Part shown: positions 16,724 to 26,545 of the stretch, in pieces | Numbering within the stretch: the stretch's first letter is position 1 | Layout: every line of letters starts with the position of its first letter | Origin: a virus | Taxonomy: Duplodnaviria > Caudoviricetes | DNA: 39,194 bases | Virus record (IMG/VR): IMGVR_UViG_3300048576_000459 | Location: 1 to 39,194 of that record | Strand: one strand, 5' to 3' | Made by a program: the position numbers and the translations under genes | The notes under the pieces: generated by a model | The model's database searches: none | Seen by the model: only the letters and a program-made list of their open reading frames with translations | Told to the model about the DNA's origin: nothing

Positions 16724-17053
16724 TTACTTTATTAGAGTGGCTTTTATATCTATATATTTGTGCAAATTCTTATAATCTAAAGCAAACTTAATATCATATA
16801 AATTACCACTATATCTAATCTTATATTTTTCTGTATTAACATTTAAGTCTTTAGTAAATTTACAATATCTAACCCTAAAACTGGACTTTAATTCACTGAA
16901 ATTAGTATCAGCTGCATTAAATTCTCTTCCACTAACATCAAGATAATTGCATCTGCAAGTATAAAATATAACTTCCTTTTGGCCTATAAGAATAGATCCT
17001 TCATACTCATTTTCTGTTGTTACAAACTCTATTTTTTCTCTTAAATCATCCAT
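16724..17053 (-). CDS. Head closure (head-tail joining) protein
   Basis: LREKIEF, SGREF, FRVRY and YDIK motifs. Confidence 0.85.
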   Translation of the reverse strand: MDDLREKIEFVTTENEYEGSILIGQKEVIFYTCRCNYLDVSGREFNAADTNFSELKSSFRVRYCKFTKDLNVNTEKYKIRYSGNLYDIKFALDYKNLHKYIDIKATLIK

Positions 17054-17348
17054 CAGTTTCAGCGCTCCAATTATATATAACTAATTTATCAATTATCGAT
17101 GTAGCCATTAAGCCACTTTTTGCATTAGATGCTATTTCCATCGATCTATTCTCATACATATCAGATATTAATTTCTTTTGTAAGAGATTTTTCAATTTAA
17201 CAGCTTTTTCATCTGCTTTATATTCTTCTCCCACCATACTGTCAATCCATATTTGCGATACCTCCATCATATCTTTTATGTCTGTATCATCATCCTCAAA
17301 ATCAATTCTAAGATATTGCTTTACTTCTTCCAATGTTAAGTCATTCAT
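17046..17348 (-). CDS. Head-tail connector protein (gp6-like)
   Basis: TLEEVKQYLRIDFEDDD...MYENR; GGGGGTGGTG RBS favours the MNDL start. Confidence 0.9.
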   Translation of the reverse strand: MNDLTLEEVKQYLRIDFEDDDTDIKDMMEVSQIWIDSMVGEEYKADEKAVKLKNLLQKKLISDMYENRSMEIASNAKSGLMATSIIDKLVIYNWSAETDG

Positions 17349-17395
17349 AATCACCACCCCCAATAATTAATAAGAAGGGATGTTTCCCTCCTCTA

Positions 17396-18490
17396 TTAAG
17401 CTAATTCAACCTTCTTAATACTTCTCTTAACTCCAGCTTGTATATCTAATCTTTCTAATATAGACGCTTTCTTAGTGTCTGTATCATTATCTAACCATCT
17501 GTTTACAGTAGTTCCATTCGTTCTATCGAAGAATTTTATAGCTTCTTTCATGTTTAATGAATAGAATACTTTCGTCATACCTTCACTTAGTTTTATCAAT
17601 TCAGAATCAAAAGTAACTATTTCCTTACCATTGAAATATTCTTTTCCATCTGGTCCAACAGTAATTAAGCCTAAGCTTCTACCTTGCTTATCTTTCATGT
17701 TCTTTAATAAAGCATACCCTTCTACATTACATAAAGTAATTAATCCATTCTTTACTGCTGGTATTGCTTTTGCCATAATATCTTCTAAAACTGTATAATC
17801 TGTTGCTCCAGTAACTGCTGTAGCGTTTTTATCTATGGATTGTAAAACAGAGTAATTTTCAGTAGCTGTTGATGATTCTGCAAAAGTTGAGTTTACTGCA
17901 TTTTCAATACTTATTTCTGCGTCTTCAACTAACTCTTCTGATAATGGTATTTTAATACCAATTTTCTTACATTTGAATGTAAAATCAGTAGTTACTAACT
18001 TACCATCAGGAATAACGTCGCCTTCTGCTATGTCCTTTAAAAATCCATTTTGTGTTGGGTCGTATACGGGGATAGAACCTTCGTTTTTAGTTACTGGAAT
18101 TACATCACAATAAGGCTTTAAAGTACCATACCCCTTTTTAAGTTCAATTAATTTGTTTATATATTGTGGTGGCAATACTGCACTATTGTCTGTAGTCTTT
18201 ACAACCGCTCTTTCCTCACTAGATAATTCTTGTTTTAATACCGCCTTTACAAAAGCTCTTGTTTCATTAACTCTCTCGTTGTTTCTTGACTCTACTTTCT
18301 TATTTTTCTTTTGTTTTTCAAGCTCTCTCTTTTCCTCTTCTTCTATTTCTTCCTGGATCTCTATTTGTTTCTTTAGCTTTCTTACTTCCTCCATTTTCTT
18401 TTCAGCTTCATCAACTTTATTTTCATCATTTAAAGCTCTAACCTCAATTTTTAATTCTGTTAATTTCTTTCTTAATTCTTCAATTTTCAT
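17396..18490 (-). CDS. Major capsid protein (HK97 fold with delta domain)
   Basis: N-terminal coiled coil; AVLP, AEG, LSEELVED and KDKQGR motifs. Confidence 0.93.
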   Translation of the reverse strand: MKIEELRKKLTELKIEVRALNDENKVDEAEKKMEEVRKLKKQIEIQEEIEEEEKRELEKQKKNKKVESRNNERVNETRAFVKAVLKQELSSEERAVVKTTDNSAVLPPQYINKLIELKKGYGTLKPYCDVIPVTKNEGSIPVYDPTQNGFLKDIAEGDVIPDGKLVTTDFTFKCKKIGIKIPLSEELVEDAEISIENAVNSTFAESSTATENYSVLQSIDKNATAVTGATDYTVLEDIMAKAIPAVKNGLITLCNVEGYALLKNMKDKQGRSLGLITVGPDGKEYFNGKEIVTFDSELIKLSEGMTKVFYSLNMKEAIKFFDRTNGTTVNRWLDNDTDTKKASILERLDIQAGVKRSIKKVELA

Positions 18491-18534
18491 TTATAAAATC
18501 ATTCCTTCCAATTCTTGTTTATAATTTTAGGTAT

Positions 18535-18562
18535 AAAAATAAGCCTTAGTTTTCTAAGACTT
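18535..18562 (-). terminator. Terminator-like hairpin upstream of the capsid gene
   Basis: Minus strand AAGTCTTAG-AAAA-CTAAGGCTT-ATTTTT. Confidence 0.6.
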
Positions 18563-18563
18563 T

Positions 18564-18824
18564 CTAACCAACTAGATTTTTTTCAATTTTTTTAAACGAA
18601 TCACCATAGGTAAATCCAACAATTTTAATTCCACTAAATGCTTTAAGAGTTAAATCTTCATTATATGAATGCTCATAATATCGAAATTTCCTATCAAAGT
18701 TTTCATTTGCATTTATTATAATTTCTTCTTTAGGAAAACTCTCCATCTTAATTTTTACTCCCACATATTTAGCACCTTTTCGACTTGCTTCATTAAAACA
18801 TTTTTCTAAATTTTTAATATTCAT
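18564..18824 (-). CDS. Hypothetical 86-aa protein
   Basis: GAGGAGG RBS; sits between protease and capsid genes. Confidence 0.75.
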   Translation of the reverse strand: MNIKNLEKCFNEASRKGAKYVGVKIKMESFPKEEIIINANENFDRKFRYYEHSYNEDLTLKAFSGIKIVGFTYGDSFKKIEKNLVG

Positions 18825-18839
18825 AAAATCCTCCTCTAT

Positions 18840-19490
18840 TTAAGCTAATTCTAATTCAATAGCTAACTTACGCTTTCTTATTTCATTTTCTTTTAGCTGC
18901 TTTATTTTATTTCTTTCAGTTTTATCAATTTCTTTTGCTCTTGCAAATACTGTGGTGTCCTCATACTGAGGTATACACAATACAGAGCCTTCGTATAAAG
19001 CAATCTTTTTTAACGTTCTTGTAGCCGTGTCAGTGTCTTTATTATAGTTGTAACCCTCCTCTATGCAGTTAAATCCAAAGGAACAACCTTGAATTAGTCC
19101 TTGTCTTATTAATTCTAATGTATCCTTGGCATAGCTAAGATTACTATTAATAATTGCCTTAAATCTTAATCCAATATTATCTGTTGAAAGTTCCAAAGTA
19201 CCCGTCTGAGTTGAAGCAAGTGGTTTATCCCAATGATGATGATAAAGTAAAAATATATTGTGTCCATCAGCTAAAGTATCATTAAAAGCATTTCTATCTA
19301 TTTTTTCAAAAAACCCTTCCCATAGTTCGGTTAGACTATCAAACTTAGCAAAATAACCTTCAATTTCTACTTCTTGAACGCCTTCTTCTGTAACAGATTC
19401 TCTTATCTCATATTTTTCAACATTTCTAAATTCTTTACTCATTGTCATTCTTTCCATCACCTCCTTCATCATTAGAATTTTTTGTATCAT
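18840..19490 (-). CDS. HK97-family prohead protease
   Basis: IEGYFAKFD, FFEKIDRNAF, LYHH, GCSFGF and EGSVLCIPQY motifs; true start probably somewhat internal (M12-M17). Confidence 0.93.
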   Translation of the reverse strand: MIQKILMMKEVMERMTMSKEFRNVEKYEIRESVTEEGVQEVEIEGYFAKFDSLTELWEGFFEKIDRNAFNDTLADGHNIFLLYHHHWDKPLASTQTGTLELSTDNIGLRFKAIINSNLSYAKDTLELIRQGLIQGCSFGFNCIEEGYNYNKDTDTATRTLKKIALYEGSVLCIPQYEDTTVFARAKEIDKTERNKIKQLKENEIRKRKLAIELELA

Positions 19491-20694
19491 TTACGAATTT
19501 TCTTTGATAAGAAACAACTCCAGCTTTAAGGTCAGATAATAGTACTTGTCCACTAGGCAAGGTAACTGTTTCATTTTCAAAATCATAATCAATTCCCAAT
19601 ACATCTCTAGCATACTCAATACTATAAACACCATTTTTAGCATAATCACAAATAATATTCTTTTGTGTTTCTGGTGAAGTTCTTAATAAAGAATTTACAT
19701 TAAATCTTACTTTATAGCCTTTTCTTCTGTCTAAGCCAAGAACCTTCCAATCAAATTCTTGTTCTAAAGCTGTTAAAAGTGGAATAACTGTATTTGTCAA
19801 ATAACTTACTCTATCTGCATCTGTTAATACACCAGTTTCTAGTGCATTGAATGGTATTCCTATCATCGCTGCTATATCTCTTTTTCCTGATACTTTTAGC
19901 TCTGAAAATTGAGAATCTACTAATGATAAATTAAGTGGTTGAACATTAAAGCCAACTGGAATTGTTAAAATCCTTCCTTTTTGACCATATAATTTATCAA
20001 ATTTTGTTTGAACTTTTTTCAAGCTCTCTCCCTCTTTTAACGAACTTGTCATTTGGACTACTGCTTTTGAAGTTAATCCATTGCTAAATAAATCATTTTG
20101 GTATGATTGAGCTTTTAAATTTGTATCTATTGTTTGTTTTAAATATCTTCTTGATGCTCTACCATGAATACCATCTAATGAATTATCTCTTAAAATAATA
20201 ATATCTTTATCAAAACAACTCCCTTGATAACTTCCTTGTTCCCCTGATAGGCACGTAAAATCAACCAAAACCTTATTATTCATTTTAGATTCAATTAGTC
20301 CTGCATCATCTACTGTAAATTGGTCTATTCTTACCGGATATAAAGCTGTAGTATTTCCGTTATAATCTCTTTCAATGAATAATCCAGCTAATCCATAATG
20401 TTTATACATCATTATCAAGGCTTTTTTACATTCAAATGCATTCATATTTGAATTAGGTCTTAATCTTAATAAATCCCATAAATAATGATTACTCGCTTCA
20501 ATTTCTCCGTTTTCAGTAGTTTGTTTTATGGAAATTGGTAAAGATCCTATTGTATTACTTAAAAAATTTAAAGCATTTAAATAATTCTGCTCTTTTAATG
20601 AATTTTCACTTACATAATCATCGCCTTTTATCCATGAACTCCAATCAAATTCTCTATTTCCTGCTTCCCTTTTGCTTAACTTATCAAATATCAC
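19435..20694 (-). CDS. Portal protein (HK97 family)
   Basis: IGSLPI, LLRLRPNSNMN, LYPV and FNVNSLLR motifs. Confidence 0.93.
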   Translation of the reverse strand: MIFDKLSKREAGNREFDWSSWIKGDDYVSENSLKEQNYLNALNFLSNTIGSLPISIKQTTENGEIEASNHYLWDLLRLRPNSNMNAFECKKALIMMYKHYGLAGLFIERDYNGNTTALYPVRIDQFTVDDAGLIESKMNNKVLVDFTCLSGEQGSYQGSCFDKDIIILRDNSLDGIHGRASRRYLKQTIDTNLKAQSYQNDLFSNGLTSKAVVQMTSSLKEGESLKKVQTKFDKLYGQKGRILTIPVGFNVQPLNLSLVDSQFSELKVSGKRDIAAMIGIPFNALETGVLTDADRVSYLTNTVIPLLTALEQEFDWKVLGLDRRKGYKVRFNVNSLLRTSPETQKNIICDYAKNGVYSIEYARDVLGIDYDFENETVTLPSGQVLLSDLKAGVVSYQRKFVNDTKNSNDEGGDGKNDNE

Positions 20695-20909
20695 TTATTA
20701 TCACCCCCTCTTCCAGTAAACTTAAAGGAAAATATACTATAAGCTATCAATGAAAATCCTATGCTATATAAACCAAAACATAAGTTTATTAGAAAGTTAG
20801 TGAAAATAACAATAAATACTCCAATAAAAAACACCATTTCTATCTTGAAAAACTTCTTAGAAATAGTGTTTTTTATTAATTTATTCAGTTTTAAGAGCTT
20901 TTTTTTCAA
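20691..20909 (-). CDS. Small two-TM protein between TerL and portal
   Basis: GAGGTG RBS, TTG start, hydrophobic segments; stop overlaps the portal start. Confidence 0.7.
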   Translation of the reverse strand: MKKKLLKLNKLIKNTISKKFFKIEMVFFIGVFIVIFTNFLINLCFGLYSIGFSLIAYSIFSFKFTGRGGDNK

Positions 20910-20925
20910 TTATTTCACCTCTTTT

Positions 20926-22611
20926 CTAAGCATCCCATCCTAATCGTTCTAATGCATCCTCTGTATTATATTCCTCTGTTTCTACTACAAATTCTGTATA
21001 AGCAATTATTAATACTGCTGACATATCTATTCTTTGTTTATTTTTATCTTCTTTAGCTAACATTTCATCATCTGATTTTCCTTTGGTAGTTATTGCATTT
21101 CTCATATTCCAATCTAACAATTCATTTTTTTCATACACTACTTCTTCATCATAGATTTTTTTTCTAAATTCTTTTGTTGCTGGAGATAAGTTGGTATAAG
21201 TTTGTTTTAAAAGAATAACATCAAAATCATTTGCCAATCTTTCCATCATTTCTTTAGCATTCATAGGATCTGTTACAATACATTTAATTGTACAATTATA
21301 TACTGTTTCAATATTTCTAATGTATTCCTCAACCAACGTGTAATTTACTGTCATACCTTTATGACAATCACAATAACCTAATTCCTCATATTTTCTATAA
21401 TCAATGTTTTCTCTCCTGTTTCCCAAACTATCAGCAGGTAAAAAGCCATGGGACTTACAATATATTTTATTATCTTCCTTAAACATTATAGATACCGCTG
21501 TCAAATCTGTTGTTACCGATAAATCTACACCAATAACGACTTCTTTTCCTTCAAAATCTATATAATCTACTCTGCATTTCTTCCAGTAACTTATATCTAT
21601 ATATTTATTTATCTCATTACTTTCTAGGAATATATTAAAGTTTTTAGTAAAAAGTTCTGCCTGCTCACTAGTTTTAATTTTAGCTGTTTCTCTATCTTCT
21701 CTAATTTCTTTATAATTCTCTTCAACTCTTAAAGGATTTGCTTTATATAATCCTTCTTCAGTCCATACTTCTTCCTTAGTGCAATAATACAATAAGCAAA
21801 ATAACCTTTTATTATCTACCGTACCATCTAATACAGCTCTATCATATTCTAATTCCTCTGGCATTATACTATCACTTTCAGCATAAGCTGTTGTTATTTT
21901 AAACATTATTGGATTTAATACAGATAATTGCCCTTTTCTCATAGCTTGTATGTTCGCATTATCTGTAAATGCTCCTATTTCATCGCAACAAACAGCAGAA
22001 GGCCTTATAGAGTTATTCTTATTTGCTTTAGCTGTTCTAGGATAATAGAAACTATTAGTTATTTTGCATTTAATGACACCTATTTCGCTTTCTGAAACAA
22101 AAAAATGTTTATTAATTGCTGGACTCGCTTGTAATATTTGCGCCATAGCTTTTCTAACTTCTTTGGCTAGATCTCTATCAATACATATAGAGTAAAATTC
22201 ACTAAAGTTTTGTTCTGTAAGCATTAATAGCAGCAATACAAGTGCTATTATAAATGTTTTTGCATTTTTTCTAGGTATAAAAAGAACTACATCTCTATAT
22301 CTAAATTTCTTTAAATTGCTTTTATATCTCCAACCAAAAATAGCACATAAAAATAATGCTTGAAACCCATCCAAACCTTTTAATACTTGTTTTCCCGCTA
22401 CGAATCCTGTTGCATAATTAAATAGCTTTAATATATTATTTATCTTCTTTAGCTTCTTTTCACTAAAACAAAATTCAAAATTATCTTTATACTGATTAAC
22501 ATTTAAATCTTCAATGAATATTTCACATTGTTGTTTAACTTCATCAGTAGTTATTTCTTCCCCAGCAATAACATCATTACAATATTTTAATGCTTTATCC
22601 AGTAACTTCAT
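20926..22611 (-). CDS. terL: Terminase large subunit (cos-type)
   Basis: Walker A IPRKNAKT, Walker B CCDE, ITTA coupling motif, nuclease GVDLS...D and RID. Confidence 0.96.
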   Translation of the reverse strand: MKLLDKALKYCNDVIAGEEITTDEVKQQCEIFIEDLNVNQYKDNFEFCFSEKKLKKINNILKLFNYATGFVAGKQVLKGLDGFQALFLCAIFGWRYKSNLKKFRYRDVVLFIPRKNAKTFIIALVLLLLMLTEQNFSEFYSICIDRDLAKEVRKAMAQILQASPAINKHFFVSESEIGVIKCKITNSFYYPRTAKANKNNSIRPSAVCCDEIGAFTDNANIQAMRKGQLSVLNPIMFKITTAYAESDSIMPEELEYDRAVLDGTVDNKRLFCLLYYCTKEEVWTEEGLYKANPLRVEENYKEIREDRETAKIKTSEQAELFTKNFNIFLESNEINKYIDISYWKKCRVDYIDFEGKEVVIGVDLSVTTDLTAVSIMFKEDNKIYCKSHGFLPADSLGNRRENIDYRKYEELGYCDCHKGMTVNYTLVEEYIRNIETVYNCTIKCIVTDPMNAKEMMERLANDFDVILLKQTYTNLSPATKEFRKKIYDEEVVYEKNELLDWNMRNAITTKGKSDDEMLAKEDKNKQRIDMSAVLIIAYTEFVVETEEYNTEDALERLGWDA

Positions 22612-23075
22612 TAATCATCATCATCTCTAAGTATATTTAACAATTCATCTTCTTTTTCATCCTTAGCTTGTAAAGCTAAACTTCCAAACTTAGCTCTACT
22701 TTGTGGAGATAGTGACAATTCATTACAACATCTAAAAAAGTCTTTTGTATATTTATCTTTTGCACTCATGATCTCTTTATTTCTAATAAATTTTATATTT
22801 TTATTAATTAAAGTTTCTATATCTTGCATTCTATCTATTGCTATACAACAATTTGCAAGAATATATACATCTAAATTAGCTAATATTCCACTAGCAATCA
22901 ATTCCTCGATGATATACTTATAAATTTTCTTTTGTGCTTCTGATAAGTAATCAGGCGGATTTTCTATTTTATCTGTCATTCCTTTTAATTTCTCTTCTGC
23001 TTCTTTTCTTTTTTCAATCGCTTCTTTTGTATTATGTCTACTTTGGCCTTCTATATTCTTACATGGTCTAGCCAT
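22611..23075 (-). CDS. terS: Terminase small subunit, P27 family
   Basis: PPDYLSE, LANLD, LANCC and ELSLSPQSRAK motifs; stop overlaps the TerL start. Confidence 0.92.
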   Translation of the reverse strand: MARPCKNIEGQSRHNTKEAIEKRKEAEEKLKGMTDKIENPPDYLSEAQKKIYKYIIEELIASGILANLDVYILANCCIAIDRMQDIETLINKNIKFIRNKEIMSAKDKYTKDFFRCCNELSLSPQSRAKFGSLALQAKDEKEDELLNILRDDDD

Positions 23076-23099
23076 TTTAGAATCACCCTCCTCTCCGAA

Positions 23100-23190
23100 A
23101 CTTTGATTTTGGGATATTTATGTGACTGAGAGTCCCCCGGGACCTTTGTCGGCTCAAAAATTTAGAGATACCCCTCCCCCCGTCTTAATT
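23100..23190. other. Candidate cos region
   Basis: Locally GC-rich runs (GTCCCCCGGGAC, CCCCTCCCCCCGTC) in the HNH-terS gap, the usual cos position in HK97-like phages. Confidence 0.55.
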
Positions 23191-23245
23191 TTTGGTCATA
23201 TACATAGATAAATATATAAATTTTATTGTAAGAACATAAAAATAT

Positions 23246-23686
23246 TTATAAAAACTCTTTTTCATATTTAATTAGTACTTCTCTTAATATCCTTTGCATA
23301 TGCTCCTTATCCTTCTTGCCTTTACTATAAGCATTGTGCACCTTCTTATGGTTGCTATCTGTTAATAGTATTAAGTTGTCCTTATCTAATCCTAGCTCAT
23401 ACGATTCTTCTAAAGGTATAATATGATGCATGATTAGTTTATCTACAACTATCTTTCCTGTTCTGTAATACTCTAACCAATCAATACCTAATAGGTCTGT
23501 AGCTCTTTCATTCCTACATTTGATCCATATCTTAGAACCATAGAATCTTTGCCTATCTTTATCTTGTCTTAACTTCTTATATTCTTTATAGCTATCTTTC
23601 TTGGCCTTTATCTCGCACTCACATAGCTGTCCATGTGGTACTTTCTTGTGACATATATTGCACCTTCTTACTAATGCCATTATCAC
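23246..23686 (-). CDS. Packaging-associated HNH endonuclease
   Basis: FYGSKIW, HHIIPL, NLILL...H...H motifs; directly upstream of terS. Confidence 0.9.
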   Translation of the reverse strand: MIMALVRRCNICHKKVPHGQLCECEIKAKKDSYKEYKKLRQDKDRQRFYGSKIWIKCRNERATDLLGIDWLEYYRTGKIVVDKLIMHHIIPLEESYELGLDKDNLILLTDSNHKKVHNAYSKGKKDKEHMQRILREVLIKYEKEFL

Positions 23687-23687
23687 T

Positions 23688-24047
23688 TTATCTCCTAGCT
23701 TTTACTATCTTCCTTAGCCCTTCACTTAATCTTTTACTTGCTTCATCACAAGTTATGCCAACTGATGCTGTTAATAAATTTAGTCTATTACTTTTTTCTA
23801 TTACTTGATCTAATGTATTATCTATATCCTTTAATGTTTCCTTAAGCTGTTCTAGTTTCTCTTCACCTTCTATGTTTATAGATATAGTTACGGTATGTTT
23901 TTTATCTTTAGTTGGATTGCTTGGTGGTGGATACTTTGGCTCTATACCCATTCCTCCTTTTGTATTTGGTGGTGCTGGTTTTTTAAATTTAGGTTGCTTA
24001 CATCTCATTTTTTCTAACTCACTATTGTCATGATCTACTCTCCACAT
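23688..24047 (-). CDS. Hypothetical protein (Pro-rich N-terminus, coiled coil)
   Basis: AGGAGG RBS; tight packing with neighbours. Confidence 0.7.
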   Translation of the reverse strand: MWRVDHDNSELEKMRCKQPKFKKPAPPNTKGGMGIEPKYPPPSNPTKDKKHTVTISINIEGEEKLEQLKETLKDIDNTLDQVIEKSNRLNLLTASVGITCDEASKRLSEGLRKIVKARR

Positions 24048-24061
24048 AATTACATGTCCTC

Positions 24062-24856
24062 CTAAATATCAATAATATTAGATTCTATTTCTTTCTGCTT
24101 TAACTTCAACATATTAATTTCTTCATTAAGCTTCTTTATTGTTATCCTCTGTTCTTCTGTTGCTAAATCCATATGCTCACTTAGCCATTGTAGAGCTTTC
24201 ATCTGGTCTTGTAACTTAATCTTTACCTCGCCTTTAGCATTTGATATCTCTGTAATTAAAGTACCATCTATTTCATCGCTATTCTTTATGTTAGAGTAAG
24301 TAACATCCATAACACTTACCTTGCCATCCTTACTTATAGCTGGCACTTCCTTAGTTCCGAAATCTATATAGTCTGTTATGTCTGAAAAGGCTATATCAAT
24401 GTATTTTTGGAATATATCTTCTTCGCTTATTAGTGCTCTGTTTAGCTTGTTTTGCTTAAGTTTCATTATTTCTCCTTTCACATTATCCTTTTTTAACAGT
24501 CTTGAACCACTAACTGCAGCTGTCTCATATTTGCATTTATATACTTTTTGATATGCCTTTGTAGCATTAAATAGTTTTATATAATAAACACAAAAAAGCA
24601 TTTGTTTATCAGTAAGTTCAGCATTCTCTGAAATCTCTTCAATATCCTCTGATATAGCTTTTTTCTTAGTACTCTTTTTCTTGTCCGAACGTTCGCTTTT
24701 TTTATCTGAACGTTTTTTATCCCAATCATAAGTATGTTTCCAACGTCTTACCGTTCCTGCTGGTATGTCTAATTGCTTAGCTATATCCACCAACTTATAG
24801 CCTCGAATATACAATTGATATGCCTTTTTTGCTTTTTCGTTTGGTGCTCTAGCCAT
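24062..24856 (-). CDS. Second terminase small subunit-like protein (N-terminal HTH plus Terminase_2-like domain)
   Basis: KLVDIAKQLDIPAGTVRRWKHTYDW; LTDKQMLFCVYYIKLFNATKAY...GSRLL; IAFSDITDY; KLQDQMKAL. Confidence 0.85.
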   Translation of the reverse strand: MARAPNEKAKKAYQLYIRGYKLVDIAKQLDIPAGTVRRWKHTYDWDKKRSDKKSERSDKKKSTKKKAISEDIEEISENAELTDKQMLFCVYYIKLFNATKAYQKVYKCKYETAAVSGSRLLKKDNVKGEIMKLKQNKLNRALISEEDIFQKYIDIAFSDITDYIDFGTKEVPAISKDGKVSVMDVTYSNIKNSDEIDGTLITEISNAKGEVKIKLQDQMKALQWLSEHMDLATEEQRITIKKLNEEINMLKLKQKEIESNIIDI

Positions 24857-24956
24857 TGTTTATCATCCCCTTTTTATATCATCCTCTTCCATTGTTCTTT
24901 ATTTTTCCAAGCAATTGGAATTTATCTATCCCCTTTCTTTTTATTTATTGCATAAT

Positions 24957-24985
24957 AAAAGGAACTCTATTACTAGAGTTCCTTT
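24957..24985. terminator. Terminator after the moron gene
   Basis: AAAGGAACTCTA-TTAC-TAGAGTTCCTTT perfect stem. Confidence 0.85.
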
Positions 24986-24988
24986 TAA

Positions 24989-25630
24989 CTACTTATAAAA
25001 TTTTTTCTTTTTATATAAATTTAAGCTAGAAATTTTTTGTCCCACCTTTTTATTTAAATAACAATATTCTTTACTTGACTTATTACATCTCTGGCCAAAA
25101 TACCTTGTCCTTTCTATTTCATCTTTTATAAATTCTTTATTTTTTAATTCGTCACAAACTTCAACTAAAACATTATTTGCCTTTACCAAATAGTCATACA
25201 GTTCATCATCTAATATACAACTCTGTATATTTCTAATTTTCTTCGAATTAATAATTAGCTCATCAAACAACTTCTTAAATTTAGACCCATTTATTGAAGT
25301 TTCATTAGTACACTTAGATATATCATATAAAACTGAACTTAAATCCTCTATAATAGATGTATACTCCCTTAAATACTGAATTTCTTCATTTATCATTTGA
25401 ATTATTAATATATTTCTATTGCCTTTAAAAGATACATAAAGTCCCACACCTGTAATAGTTCCTCCTAATACTGCACTACCAACACTTCCAAAGAAAAGAA
25501 GCCAATTGTCATATGTAATATAATTTGTCTTCTCTTTATTCTGCAACCAGTATGGACACATTATTAAACAAATAATAATTGTTGAAACTGCTATCCCTAT
25601 TAAAAATCCTATGAATTTATCTTTTTTCAA
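24989..25630 (-). CDS. Moron: two N-terminal TM helices plus helical cytoplasmic domain
   Basis: AAAGGTGGGG RBS, TTG start, WLLFFGSVGSAVLGGTIT; flanked by its own promoter and terminators. Confidence 0.8.
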   Translation of the reverse strand: MKKDKFIGFLIGIAVSTIIICLIMCPYWLQNKEKTNYITYDNWLLFFGSVGSAVLGGTITGVGLYVSFKGNRNILIIQMINEEIQYLREYTSIIEDLSSVLYDISKCTNETSINGSKFKKLFDELIINSKKIRNIQSCILDDELYDYLVKANNVLVEVCDELKNKEFIKDEIERTRYFGQRCNKSSKEYCYLNKKVGQKISSLNLYKKKKFYK

Positions 25631-25657
25631 AAATCATCCCCACCTTTCATATAAAAT

Positions 25658-25686
25658 AATTATACAAAAGTTAGTAAATTCCTCTT
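25658..25686 (-). promoter_or_regulatory. Candidate moron promoter
   Basis: Minus strand AGAGGAATT-11 bp-GTATAAT: a sigma-H-like -35 with a TATAAT -10. Confidence 0.45.
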
Positions 25687-25795
25687 AAAACTACAAATAA
25701 ACTCACAATATTTTAATTAATAAAATAACGCCTATACAAGTAAGTACCTTTCAAATCGTTTGGAATTATTATTCTAATTATTCGCTACCTATAAT

Positions 25796-25827
25796 AAAAA
25801 GCACCTAACATTTCTGCTAGATGCTTT
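25796..25827 (-). terminator. Terminator downstream of the late promoter
   Basis: Minus strand AAAGCATCTAGCA-GAAA-TGTTAGGTGCTTT-TTATT. Confidence 0.75.
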
Positions 25828-25887
25828 CCAAGGTAAAAGGGTATTGAGAAATTATATCTTTTTCTTTTGTGTTAAATCTTCACTAAC

Positions 25888-25944
25888 ATTAAACCATATA
25901 TATTTAGCACATACAATGGCACTGTTTGTGCATGATTTGTGCAT
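25888..25944 (-). promoter_or_regulatory. Putative late promoter with activator-binding direct repeats
   Basis: ATGCACAAA twice at an 11-bp period (25925-25933, 25936-25944) right after the rinA-like stop; extended -10 TGgTTTAAT. Confidence 0.6.
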
Positions 25945-25946
25945 TT

Positions 25947-26519
25947 TTATATTACGTCTCTAATGCTATTGGGGAATAACACCGTTATCAGCTTATTCAT
26001 TAGCCTCTTTCTATTTCTTGTTATTGTACTTCTGTCTTTTTCTAATTTCTCTGCTAAATTTTCATCCGTTCCTATCTTATCCTCTTCTTTGCTTAAATAC
26101 TTAAGTTCTATTATCTTATAGTACTTGTCTACTTTTATCTTATCTAATGCATTCTCTATTCTTCTAAGATCTCTTTCAGTTTCTGTCTTCTCTACTTTAT
26201 ATTTTTCAATTAACTGTGTATATCTTTCTCCTGCAGATATGCCTCCTGAAGATGAAGAATATACAACTATAGATTTGCTTTTATTAGGAAGTCCATTCAC
26301 TTCTATGTCCCGTATATCCTCTTCTTTCTGCTTGACTGCCTCTTTTAAATTTTCGTAGTTATATAATAGGATCTCTACTCTTTTGTAATAGCTCATTTCT
26401 GATTTAATTAGATTTTTGCTTTTAAGCTCTTCCATTATAACCTTAGCAGCTTCATTCGCTGACTTCTTTGCTGCTCTATTTATTAATTGCTCTGTACTTA
26501 ATTCCTTGTTTTCTCCCAT
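25947..26519 (-). CDS. RinA/ArpU-like late transcriptional activator
   Basis: Last early gene; EILLYNY, IENALDKI, IIELKY and C-terminal HTH (LAEKLEKDRSTITRNRKRL). Confidence 0.82.
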   Translation of the reverse strand: MGENKELSTEQLINRAAKKSANEAAKVIMEELKSKNLIKSEMSYYKRVEILLYNYENLKEAVKQKEEDIRDIEVNGLPNKSKSIVVYSSSSGGISAGERYTQLIEKYKVEKTETERDLRRIENALDKIKVDKYYKIIELKYLSKEEDKIGTDENLAEKLEKDRSTITRNRKRLMNKLITVLFPNSIRDVI

Positions 26520-26545
26520 TTATTATTCCTCCTTCGCTTATCTAC

